Position numbers and translations under genes: made by a program. A DNA stretch of 64,000 nucleotides from Macrostomum lignano. Lineage: Eukaryota. Below the pieces are notes generated by a model. That model saw only the letters and a program-made list of their open reading frames with translations, searched no databases and was not told where the DNA came from. The stretch spans positions 62,001 through 126,000 of the forward strand of contig NIVC01001059.1 of assembly GCA_002269645.1 (NCBI GenBank). Direction: 5' to 3'. Every line of letters starts with the position of its first letter. Position 1 is the stretch's first letter. Positions 1-12,261 of this stretch are shown here, one piece after another.

Positions 1-1415
<1,415 letters not shown>

Positions 1416-2030
1416 CAACTTAGTAACTGACTGAGAAAACTAAATAATAACTTTTGACTTGGGAAAGATTAGCCAGAATACGAAACCGGCCTTTCAACGC
1501 TTGGCGTCAAGCAAAAAGGCGCTTAACTCGAAATTCAGGTGCTGCCCAGTCCGAATTCGAATGTCTGTGGCCAGGGCTGCAGCAGTGAGAAGGGCCGCCG
1601 CTAATCCCAGTCCATCAAGTCTCCGCGGCGTTAATTCTCCATTAGTGGCGAGTCGCACCTGTCTTTGGGGCGCCCGTCAGCCATGTCAGCCTCGGCAGCC
1701 CGGGTCCACTTTCAAACAGACTCGGGACAAAAGCTGAAGGGCCTGGGGAAAATGGCTAAAGAGGGGATTAGCGAGAGGCAGCAGGGCTAATCTGATGTTT
1801 TGACAGCCGTGCCATATTGGGAGGGGCGCCTCGCCAGCTCGGGTGTCTGCCATCCTCAGGTGGTGCGGATTAGGACCAGATTTTCTCCTATTCGAAGCTC
1901 CCGGCTGCACTCGAGTCTCGGGTTTGTTTTGCTGCAGGCCTGAAAATAGACCGCCGGACAGCGGCAAAACACTAATAATTCTGACCCAGCTGCGGCAAGC
2001 ACGATGCTGCAGCTCCCATGAATAAGGGTT

Positions 2031-2127
2031 AGTCAGTCAGTCAGTCAGTCAGTCAGTCAGTCAGTCAGTCAGTCAGTCAGTCAGTCAGTCAGTCAGTCAG
2101 TCAGTCAGTCAGTCAGTCAGTCAGTCA

Positions 2128-2170
<43 letters not shown>

Positions 2171-2391
2171 AGTCAGTCAGTCAGTCAGTCAGTCAGTCAG
2201 TCAGTCAGTCAGTCAGTCAGTCAGTCAGTCAGTCAGTCAGTCAGTCAGTCAGTCAGTCAGTCAGTCAGTCAGTCAGTCAGTCAGTCAGTCAGTCAGTCAG
2301 TCAGTCAGTCAGTCAGTCAGTCAGTCAGTCAGTCAGTCAGTCAGTCAGTCAGTCAGTCAGTCAGTCAGTCAGTCAGTCAGTCAGTCAGTCA
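2031..2391. repeat. (AGTC)n microsatellite
   Basis: Direct reading. Confidence 0.98.
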
Positions 2392-2595
2392 GGCATGCAC
2401 TCAACGCCTTGGGGGCTGGTCTTCACAGCCGCGTGAATCATTTGACAAGCCACGGGCAAATCTTCTTGACCGCAGACAGAATCGAACCCACTCCCTGCTC
2501 TGCCACCGACGTTCTTGTTTGTCCCGCGTCATTTGCACTTGCTAGGAGAGCACGGGACGCAGCCGCCTGGTCGAGCCTAGCGCATCCGATGAGGA

Positions 2596-2988
2596 CTGGC
2601 TGCTTAGGGCTCTCTTGCCTGACTGTTGTGTTTGGGGTGGCTGCCTGCGGCTCTCTTGCCTGACTGTTGTGTTTGGGGTGGCTGCTTGGGGCTCTCTTGC
2701 CTGACTGTTGTGTTTGGGGTGGCTGCTTGGGGCTCTCTTGCCTGACTGTTGTGTTTGGGGTGGCTGCCTGCGGCTCTCTTGCCTGACTGTTGTGTTTGGG
2801 GTGGCTGCTTGGGGCTCTCTTGCCTGACTGTTGTGTTTGGGGTGGCTGCTTGGGGCTCTCTTGCCTGACTGTTGTGTTTGGGTGGCTGCCTGCGGCTCTC
2901 TTGCCTGACTGTTGTGTTTGGGGTGGCTGCCTGCGGCTCTCTTGCCTGACTGTTGTGTTTGGGGTGACTGCCTGTGGCTCTCTTGCCT
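2596..2988. repeat. 41-bp minisatellite, ~9-10 copies
   Basis: Unit GGCTGC(C/T)TG(C/G)GGCTCTCTTGCCTGACTGTTGTGTTTGGGGT. Confidence 0.95.
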
Positions 2989-3254
2989 CTGTCTCTCGTG
3001 CTCTTCCAAACTTCCATTGTGTACAACCCTAACCACCGGGCCACCCTAGAGGATGCGTTACCAAGGGTGACAGGAACGCCAGCTTGGGTTGCTAAGGGCA
3101 CCAAGACTGCGTGCTACTCGAAGACTGCGCCTGTGGCACTTACATCAGTTGCGGACCCAAATTTCGGGAGCGGGATGGGCGGTCACCCCCCGCTTCCCCG
3201 CTGCACCTGCCGTCAGTCCAGCCAGTTTCCTTGGAAATCGCTCTGGGGAGCGGC

Positions 3255-3294
3255 TGGCCAATGGCTTGCGACAGCAAAGTGCCGCTACTATAAA
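3255..3294 (+). promoter_or_regulatory. CCAAT box plus TATA box upstream of ILP-a
   Basis: TGGCCAATGG at 3255-3264 and TATAAA at 3289-3294, about 105 bp before the ATG. Confidence 0.5.
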
Positions 3295-3398
3295 CTGCCG
3301 GGCGGCTCCGCGGATGCTCCGGCGCAGGCCGCGGCCCCTCTCCGCATCTCCGTCTCGTTCAGCAACCTCTCGCTACTCTCTCCCATCAGCAGGCCTCG

Positions 3399-3885
3399 AT
3401 GCCGAGCTCAGCTGCCGTGTCCGCCTTCGCCCTGCTGGTGCTGGCGGCCATCTGCATGGCGCAGTGCAGCGCCAGCCAGCACTCCGACGTCATGGTGGTA
3501 GGCCCCCCCCTGCTCACTCTGCTGCTCACCCAACCGCTCCCGTCACTGTACTGTGCCTCAAACCCCTCTGCTTTGCAGGACAGGTACATCAGGAAGTGCG
3601 GCTACGATCTCGTCAGGACAATGTGGAAGGTGTGCAGCCGGAGAGGCGTCGCGGTGAAGCGGGGGCAGCTCAACAAACTTGGTGAGTAGCGGCGGGTGTC
3701 CCCCGGTTGCACTTTCAGCGCTTCAAGCCGCACCCTGTGCGATCATTTCAGTCACCGGCTTGGCCAAGCGGAGCAACAGGCACCGCCTGCCGGAGCTGCA
3801 GTGCCTCATCAAGCAGGAGGACGTGGTGTACCACTGCTGCTGCAACTGGTGCAAGCTGTCCTACCTGGAGCTGTACTGCGACTGA
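3399..3885 (+). CDS. Insulin-like peptide precursor ILP-a (111 aa, 3 exons: 3399-3497, 3579-3681, 3752-3885)
   Basis: Signal peptide MPSSAAVSAFALLVLAAICMAQCSA; GT-AG introns of 81 and 70 bp (phase 0, phase 1). B chain CGYDLVRTMWKVC (C-x11-C); KR-flanked C-peptide; A chain C-x10-CCC-x2-C-x8-C (..LQCLIKQEDVVYHCCCNWCKLSYLELYCD*). Family assignment is from the insulin cysteine pattern. Confidence 0.92.
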
Positions 3886-4836
3886 CGCAGGAACTGAATT
3901 TGAATTGGCGCCACCCTGAACTGGCCAGTCCCACCTCCCCCAGTCTCTCTCTGAACTCTCTCTACAGACCTCCCCAGAACGCAGTGAATATACGGAGACC
4001 TCACAGAGTCCTGCCGCCAGGACATTTTATTGAAGCTGTTTTAACTTGCTTGTTCAGAGTTGAAGATCTTATTGAACTTGGCCAATATGCGACAGTCTCT
4101 TAGCCCTATAAGTGAACTGGATCGTTTATAACCTGCAGTTGTTTCTTGTTTGTGGACAGAGCTGAGGGGTCAGGCTCAGTGACCACCCAGAGACTCCTTG
4201 ACTTACTTAGCGGTTGATTCCGCCAACGCCTGGCGACCACGGGCAGTTGGTGTTGCGGTGTCGCGCAGGGAGATCCGGTGGTGTCACCCGGTGTCCAGAG
4301 CGAGGTGCCTCTCCAGAGAGTCCAGGAGGTGGATGGCCGCTCGCCCGGTCGTAGACCTTGGGTGGCAGAAATTCTCGGGCTTGAAAATATCTCGGAGACA
4401 TCCGGGTTTGGGCTGAGGCAGGTGAGCCTGTCCTGAGTAAAAGCCTGATGTCTCTGCAGTTGAGTCCAAGCAGCGCCCTGTGGAGGGCGGGGGCGTATGG
4501 GGGACAGCCGCGCGGGATTTTGGCAGTCGGGGTGGTCAGCCCACTTCTCCCACCCAGTGACCCCTCAGTGGCAGAAACCGCGTGTTTGTCTGCTAAAAGC
4601 AGCTGTTTTAGGCCTGGAGTCACTCCCAGACCTCAGAACTGACACAATGAGTTATTCTTGACTGATGCCACTGAAAAATTGATTTTGATGTGGCAAAAAC
4701 AGCGCATGGGGCCGGAATCAGAAAAATGACATTGGATAACATCGGATAGCCAGGAGCTTTGCCACTGGCTTCTTTTGAGCTTCTGGGCTTCTTTTCTTCT
4801 TTTGAAAATTGATTGGATTCCAATGGAAATCGCTTA

Positions 4837-5290
4837 TGTCAGCGATGAGTTCCAGCACTGCCCGCTTCTGTCAGAGATGAGTTCCAGCACTGCCCGCTTC
4901 TGTCAGAGATGAGTTCCAGCACTGCCCGCTTCTGTCAGAGATGAGTTCCAGCACTGCCCGCTTCTGTCAGAGATGAGTTCCAGCACTGCCCGCTTCTGTC
5001 AGAGATGAGTTCCAGCACTGCCCGCTTCTGTCAGAGATGAGTTCCAGCACTGCCCGCTTCTGTCAGAGATGAGTTCCAGCACTGCCCGCTTCTGTCAGAG
5101 ATGAGTTCCAGCACTGCCCGCTTCTGTCAGAGATGAGTTCCAGCACTGCCCGCTTCTGTCAGAGATGAGTTCCAGCACTGCCCGTTTCTGTCAGAGATGA
5201 GTTCCAGCACTGCCCGCTTCTGTCAGAGATGAGTTCCAGCACTGCCCGCTTCTGTCAGAGATGAGTTCCAGCACTGCCCGCTTCTGTCAG
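4837..5290. repeat. 32-bp minisatellite, ~14 near-identical copies
   Basis: Unit TCAGAGATGAGTTCCAGCACTGCCCGCTTCTG. Confidence 0.97.
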
Positions 5291-5494
5291 CCCTGAGCTC
5301 ACGCGCGCCAGTTCAGCCATTCCCCATCAAAGCTCTCCTACGTATGTTTACTAGCTAAAAGAGAAAAACATCGATAAATAAATTCCGCAAAGGCAAGCGA
5401 GATTTCTGCTCTTCTTTACTGAAGTGACGGAAACGTGTCCGGGATGATGTCCGGCCCCCGAGCTGCCCAGGCCGGGCCCGTTGGCCCAGCTGGT

Positions 5495-5532
5495 TGGCCA
5501 ATGGGAGGCGGCGGGGCTGCTCGGGGATAAAA
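5495..5532 (+). promoter_or_regulatory. CCAAT box plus TATA-like box upstream of ILP-b
   Basis: Same 10-mer TGGCCAATGG at 5495-5504 and GATAAAA at 5526-5532. Confidence 0.45.
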
Positions 5533-5682
5533 TTGGCAGCCTTCGGGACCGCCCCGGCCGATGCAGGCGGCCTGGCTGGCTTCCCGCAGCACTCACCGAC
5601 TGACCTTCCCTCTCCACAAGCTCTGCTCAAACTCTGCTCAAGCTCTCCTCACTCCGGCCAATCCAGCAAGAAGCTGCAGACG

Positions 5683-6336
5683 ATGCGCAGCTCGGCACTG
5701 ACGCTCTCGGCTCTGGTCCTCCTGGCTGTGGCGCTGTGCGGCAGCGGCTCGCAGCAGATTCGAACCCGGTCCGGCTCTGGGCTGGCTGAGGTAGGTCTTG
5801 AGCTGTTAAAGTTGCATTCAGCGCTATGCTATCCTAAACCAGCACGTTTTCGGCCCCAACGCAGCCTAAACTGCCGAGGCTGTGCGGCATCAGGCTGATC
5901 AGGAAGCTGTACGAGGTGTGCAAGGACCGCGGCGGCGTCTACAACGGTGGTCTCATGCGCCGCGTCAGACGCGACACCTCTAGCAGCTCAGGTGAGTTGG
6001 CTACCTCAGCCTCCGCCATCAGTGCTCACCTCAGCCTCCATCATCAGTGCTCACCCCAGCCTCCATCATCAGTGCTCACCCCAGCCTCCATCATCAGTGC
6101 TCACCCCAGCCTCCATCATCAGTGCTCACTCAGCCTCCATCATCAGTGCTCACCCCAGCCTCCATCATCAGTGCTCACCCCAGCCACTGCATCAATTTTC
6201 AGTCGGCCAGCTCCTGAAGCGCACCATAGGGCATTCCAAGCTCAAATGCCTGATTCCAAAGGACGACATTGTGCACCACTGCTGCACCTGCGGGCGGTGC
6301 ACCTTGTCCTACATGCAGCTGTACTGCAACTACTGA
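5683..6336 (+). CDS. Insulin-like peptide precursor ILP-b (122 aa, 3 exons: 5683-5790, 5865-5991, 6203-6336)
   Basis: Signal peptide MRSSALTLSALVLLAVALCGSGS; introns phase 0 and phase 1 as in ILP-a. B chain CGIRLIRKLYEVC; RRVRR and KR cleavage sites; A chain KCLIPKDDIVHHCCTCGRCTLSYMQLYCNY*. AATAAA at 6421-6426. Confidence 0.92.
6006..6184. repeat. 25-bp minisatellite in ILP-b intron 2
   Basis: Unit CCTCCATCATCAGTGCTCACCCCAG. Confidence 0.92.
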
Positions 6337-6884
6337 TCTGGCGGTGACAATGTCCCTCCACTCAAGGACTGCCCTTCACCTCCCTTTGCTTCTGTTAACC
6401 GAGCAATGACTGCGCTATAAAATAAACTCTATGAGGCTATTTTACCTGTGCATGACTCGGACTGCGCGATCTCTTTCATTCTTTAATATTCGACAGCACA
6501 GCACAGCTGGCCTGCACTGATGCTGGCTGACCTTCCGCCGGCAGCTGCAGATCTGCTGCATCAGCCAATACGGTGGGAGACCCGCGCGGTGTGCAAATCC
6601 GCGGTAATCCTCCATGCAGACGGGCAGTTGGATAATCCTTCGCTTCCAGCAGCGGGATTAGCGTCCCCAGCAATTAGTCTGACAGAGCTCGGGCCCAGTC
6701 AACCCCCAACCACCTGTGTGTCATCGAATTTCGGCGCTCGTTCAGCCGCAGTCTGAAGAAAGGGGGCGGCAAAATTCGTCAAAGCTGTTATTTCGAAAAT
6801 TGCTGCCTTCGAGGACAAGCAAAACGGAGTCGAAGTGTTGTTGTGTATTTTTTCTGCAGATAACTGCAGAGGCTCGGGTGAGAA

Positions 6885-8955
6885 GGCAGATTCAGGACAC
6901 AGGCAGATTCAGGACACAGGCAGATTCAAGACACAGGCAGATTCAAGACACAGGCAGATTCAGGACACAGGCAGATTCAAGACACAGGCAGATTCAAGAC
7001 ACAGCCAGATTCAAGACACAGCCAGATTCAGGACACGGATTGGCAGATTCAAGACACAGAGGCAGATTCAAGACACAGAGGCAGATTCAGGACACAGCCA
7101 GATTCAGGACACAGGCAGATTCAAGACACAGGCAGATTCAAGACACAGGCAGATTCAAGACACAGGCAGATTCAAGACACAGCCAGATTCAGGACACAGG
7201 CAGATTCAGGACACAGGCAGATTCAAGACACAGGCAGATTCAAGACACAGGCAGATTCAAGACACAGGCAGATTCAGGACACAGGCAGATTCAAGACACA
7301 GGCAGATTCAAGACACAGGCAGATTCAAGACACAGGCAGATTCAAGACACAGGCAGATTCAAGACACAGGCAGATTCAAGACACAGGCAGATTCAGGACA
7401 CGGATTGGCAGATTCAGGACACAGGCAGATTCAGGACACAGGCAGATTCAGGACACAGGCAGATTCAGGACACAGGCAGATTCAGGACACGGATTGGCAG
7501 ATTCAGGACACAGGCAGATTCAAGACACAGGCAGATTCAAGACACAGGCAGATTCAAGACACAGGCAGATTCAAGACACAGGCAGATTCAAGACACAGGC
7601 AGATTCAGGACACGGATTGGCAGATTCAGGACACAGGCAGATTCAGGACACAGGCAGATTCAGGACACAGGCAGATTCAGGACACGGATTGGCAGATTCA
7701 GGACACAGGCAGATTCAGGACACAGGCAGATTCAAGACACAGGCAGATTCAAGACACAGGCAGATTCAAGACACAGGCAGATTCAGGACACGGATTGGCA
7801 GATTCAGGACACAGGCAGATTCAAGACACAGGCAGATTCAAGACACAGGCAGATTCAGGACACAGGCAGATTCAGGACACAGGCAGATTCAGGACACGGA
7901 TTGGCAGATTCAGGACACAGGCAGATTCAAGACACAGGCAGATTCAAGACACAGGCAGATTCAAGACACAGGCAGATTCAAGACACAGGCAGATTCAGGA
8001 CACGGATTGGCAGATTCAGGACACAGGCAGATTCAGGACACAGGCAGATTCAGGACACAGGCAGATTCAGGACACGGATTGGCAGATTCAGGACACAGGC
8101 AGATTCAGGACACAGGCAGATTCAAGACACAGGCAGATTCAAGACACAGGCAGATTCAAGACACAGGCAGATTCAGGACACGGATTGGCAGATTCAGGAC
8201 ACAGGCAGATTCAAGACACAGGCAGATTCAAGACACAGGCAGATTCAGGACACAGGCAGATTCAGGACACAGGCAGATTCAAGACACAGGCAGATTCAAG
8301 ACACAGCCAGATTCAAGACACAGCCAGATTCAGGACACGGATTGGCAGATTCAAGACAAAGAGACAGATTCAAGACACAGGCAGATTCAAGACACAGGCA
8401 GATTCAAGACACAGGCAGATTCAGAACACAGGCAGATTCAAGACACAGCCAGATTCAAGACACAGCCAGATTCAGAACACGGATTGGCAGATTCAAGACA
8501 AAGAGACAGATTCAGGACACAGGCAGATTCAAGACACAGGCAGATTCAAGACACAGCCAGATTCAGGACACGGATTGGCAGATTCAAGACAAAGAGGCAG
8601 ATTCAAGACACAGGCAGATTCAAGACACAGGCAGATTCAGGACACAGGCAGATTCAGGACACAGGCAGATTCAAGACACAGAGGCAGATTCAAGACACAG
8701 AGCCAGATTCAGGACACGGATTGGCAGATTCAGGACACGGATTGGCAGATTCAGGACACAGGCAGATTCAAGACACAGGCAGATTCAGGACACAGGCAGA
8801 TTCAGGACACAGGCAGATTCAGGACACAGGCAGATTCAGGACACGGATTGGCAGATTCAGGACACAGGCAGATTCAGGACACGGATTGGCAGATTCAGGA
8901 CACAGGCAGATTCAGGACACAGAGGTAGATTCAAGACACAGATTGGCAGATTCAA
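6885..8955. repeat. 17-bp (with 21-bp variant) minisatellite, >100 copies
   Basis: Unit GGCAGATTCA(A/G)GACACA; variant GGCAGATTCAGGACACGGATT. Confidence 0.97.
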
Positions 8956-9456
8956 TTAAGTGGTCACTCGAAAGATAAGAAATGGTTATCATATCATGTA
9001 TCTAAACGTTATATACTGGTATATCTGTAACAAAACTACATATCTGAGTCGACAACGCTGGCACAGAGCAATATTGAATTCGGCATAATTATTTTGCAGT
9101 ATAAATGAACTCTAATTTCTTCTATTCAGCGGCAGAGAAGCCCTATTAAATAATTAACAGGTGAAAAGCTGAAGCGGCAGTGTAAATTGAAAATTCACAC
9201 ACTGCCATCAGTTCACAGCTTGGGAATGGCTGCAACAGACTATTATCAGACGAAATGCAATTTATATTTAAAGAATTTCGACACCAATAATCTAATCTCG
9301 CTCTCCACATTGCGGTCGAACAAATCCTTTTTTTAACAAATTTTAGTTTTTTTAAGCGAAAAATGTATATATTTTCATATCTTGTCCCAGTTACTGCCAA
9401 AAGTAGCAACGTGCGAATGAAAAAGGTATCTTTTACGAGCGTAACTTTGAGGTTCC

Positions 9457-9980
9457 CAATCTCTCCCTGAACTCCGGAATCTCTCCCTGGACTGCGGAAT
9501 CTCCCCTGAACTGCGGAATCTCTCCCTGAACTCCGGAATCTCTCCCTGGACTGCGGAATCTCTCCCTGGACTGCGGAATCTCTCCCTGAACTGCGGAATC
9601 TCTCCCTGGAGTGTGGAATCTCTCATTGGACTGCGGAATCTCTCTCTGGACTGCGGAATCTCTTCCTGGAGTGTGGAATCTCTCCTTGGACTGCGGAATC
9701 TCTCCCTGGACTGCGGAATCTCTCCCTGGAGTGTGGAATCTCTCATTGGACTGCGGAATCTCTTCCTGGAGTGTGGAATCTCTCCTTGGACTGCGGAATC
9801 TCTCCCTGGACTGCGGAATCTCTTCCTGGAGTGTGGAATCTCTCTCTGGACTGCGGAATCTCTCCTTGGACTGCGGAATCTCTTCCTGGACTGCGGAATC
9901 TCTCTCTGGACTGCGGAATCTCTCCCTGAACTGCGGAATCTCTCCCTGGACTGCGGAACTCTCCCTGGACTGCGGAATCT
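9457..9980. repeat. 20-bp minisatellite, ~26 copies
   Basis: Unit CTGCGGAATCTCTCCCTGGA. Confidence 0.95.
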
Positions 9981-10079
9981 TACCGACTTTCCAAGGAATC
10001 TCATCTAGACAGCTAGCTGAAAATTGAATCCCACTCTGAGTCGTGAGCACGGCAATGCCAATTTTGTCGGAGCGATGGG

Positions 10080-10127
10080 ATTGGCTGCGCCAGGGATTCT
10101 CATATCCCGGATGCTAGGGGATAAATA
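10080..10127 (+). promoter_or_regulatory. Inverted CCAAT plus TATA-like box upstream of ILP-c
   Basis: ATTGG at 10080-10084 and GATAAATA at 10120-10127. Confidence 0.35.
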
Positions 10128-10266
10128 GGCTGCAGACCGGTGACCAGTTGCCCGCTTCTGCATCCGCCTGACAGCGCAGTCTCTCCGCAGATTCTTCCGC
10201 CTCCGGCCCGACCGAACAGGCAAATTTGACTCAAATCTGAACTCGACGACTCGCCAGCACCGCGCC

Positions 10267-11699
10267 ATGTCGGCATCAGCTCAGCTGATTCTGCGGTTTG
10301 CCCTTCCGCTGCTGCTCCTGGCATTCGCCGCTGGGCCTCAGCTGGCCGGCTCCGCAACCGTTCCTCCCGATGTGAGGCTGGCCCTGGCAACTGCAAAATG
10401 TCATGGCAACTATCCCACAGAAGCCAAATCTTTCTAGCCACTAAATATCCTAGTAACTAAATCCCATAGCAACTAAATATCATAGCAAGTAAATCCCATA
10501 GCAAATAAACCCCATAGCAACTAACCCCCATAGCAACTAACCCCCATAGCAACTAAACACCATAGCAACTAAACACCATAGCAACTAAACCCAATAGCAA
10601 CTAAACCCCATAGGAAGTAAATCCCATAGCAAATAAACCCCATAGCAACTAACCCCCATAGCAACTAAACACCATAGCAACTAAACACCATAGCAACTAA
10701 ACACCATAGCAACTAAACACCATAGCAACTAGACACCATAGCAAGTAAACACCATAGCAACTAAACACCATAGCAACTAAACACCATAGCAACTAAACCC
10801 CATAGCAACTAAATCCCATAGCAAGTAAATCTCATAGCAAGTAAATCCATAGCAACTAAATCCCATGGCAACTAAATCCCATAGCAAGTAAATCTCATAG
10901 CAAGTAAATCCCATAGCAACTAAATCCCATGGCAACTAAATACCTTGACAATCAAATCTATTCGCGGAGTGTGTGAGCAAAAAGCTCGAACTGGTGCCCA
11001 TGGCCTCTCCATCATTGCAGCAGATCAGCATCCAGCAGTGCAGCGATAACCTGGTCAAAATTGTCCACTTCGTCTGCCGCAACAGGGGCGGAATCTACGA
11101 TCAACGGTCCGACTACCTGGAGCAGGCGGCTCGCTTCCTGAAGAGGGGCAAGCAGCTGGAGACCGCAGGTGAGGCCACGAGGTCACCTCGTCATCACGTG
11201 TGAGGTCAATGGCATTTGAGCTGGAGATCCGTGTGCTGCGGCTTGACGCTCATGCCTTCAAAACGTGTTGATTTGATGCTTGTCGAGAGAAACTCAATTT
11301 AGTTTATCCATAGGTCCATGGTATTTGCTGTGAGGTCCATGGTATTTGCTGTGAGGTCCATGGTATTTGCTGTGAGGTCCATGGTATTTGCTGTGAGGTC
11401 CATGGTATTTGCCACGAGATGCACCCCTAACAGAAGGCCAAGTGAAGATCCTTGAACTGAAGTTGAGCTTACCAGAAAAAGCAGTTCAAGCACTCGCACA
11501 GCAGAGCCGCAACCCCAGCCCTTCACCCCTGCGCCCCGCAGCCGCCGTAGCCAAGCGCCAGCGCAGCCTGTCCTCGCTGGCCTGCATGATCGAAGACGCT
11601 GAGAACATCGTGAGCAGCTGCTGCTGCCGCGAGTGCTCGCTGTCCTACCTGTACGGCTTCTGCGCCTACCCCGAGCCAGTTGGGAGAGTGACCAACTGA
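10267..11699 (+). CDS. Insulin-like peptide precursor ILP-c (136 aa, 3 exons: 10267-10371, 11021-11168, 11542-11699)
   Basis: Signal peptide MSASAQLILRFALPLLLLAFAAG; donors GTGAGG at 10372 and 11169; acceptors TTGCAG (11020) and CCGCAG (11541) give phase 0/1. B chain CSDNLVKIVHFVC; two KR sites; A chain ACMIEDAENIVSSCCCRECSLSYLYGFC plus an 11-aa tail. AATAAA at 11974-11979. Confidence 0.9.
10437..10942. repeat. ~16-17-bp minisatellite in ILP-c intron 1
   Basis: Core CCATAGCAACTAAA. Confidence 0.93.
11312..11412. repeat. 21-bp minisatellite in ILP-c intron 2, ~5 copies
   Basis: Unit AGGTCCATGGTATTTGCTGTG. Confidence 0.9.
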
Positions 11700-11893
11700 G
11701 TGACCAACTGAGTGACCAACTGAGTGACCAACTGAGTGACCAACTGAGTGACCAACTGAGTGACCAACTGAGTGACCAACTGAGTGACCAACTGAGTGAC
11801 CAACTGAGTGACCAACTGAGTGACCAACTGAGTGACCAACTGAGTGACCAACTGACCAACTGAGTGACCAACTGAGTGACCAACTGAGTGACC
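11688..11893. repeat. 12-bp minisatellite overlapping the ILP-c stop codon, ~17 copies
   Basis: Unit GTGACCAACTGA. Confidence 0.95.
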
Positions 11894-12261
11894 GCTAAAT
11901 TAACTAAGCTGTCACTGCTACACTGGAGACAAATTCAAAACACATTAAACCCTTGCGAACTGCAAGATAACAAAATAAAACAATCTCAAGTCGAGTCCCA
12001 CTCAAGGGTAACCAAGCGGCTCCGCTGGACCGCGTTGCACCGACTTTGCCGATTCGAAAAAACACTTTTCGAAGGCTTCTTGGCTTCTTCGTTTTAAATC
12101 CCAAAATATGAACCGATTGTTCTCTCTAGTGTCCGCCACGGGCTGGGGAAGTCTTACAGAGCAGATTTTCTCTGAGGGTTGTGGCAGTCCGGCAGGGATA
12201 AAACTGAACTGAGTAAACTGTGGAAGCCCGGCTGTTCTGCCTGAACTTCATGGGGCAGTGC

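Noticed and set aside
4198-4642. GC-rich segment between ILP-a and ILP-b with a GTAAGT donor on the - strand near 4206
   Set aside because: No frame gives a recognisable protein and no partner exons could be chained.
6716-8978. 747/697/494-aa repeat ORFs as a structural protein
   Set aside because: All three frames are open because the 17/21-bp units lack stops; no signal peptide, frame preference or synonymous-site pattern.
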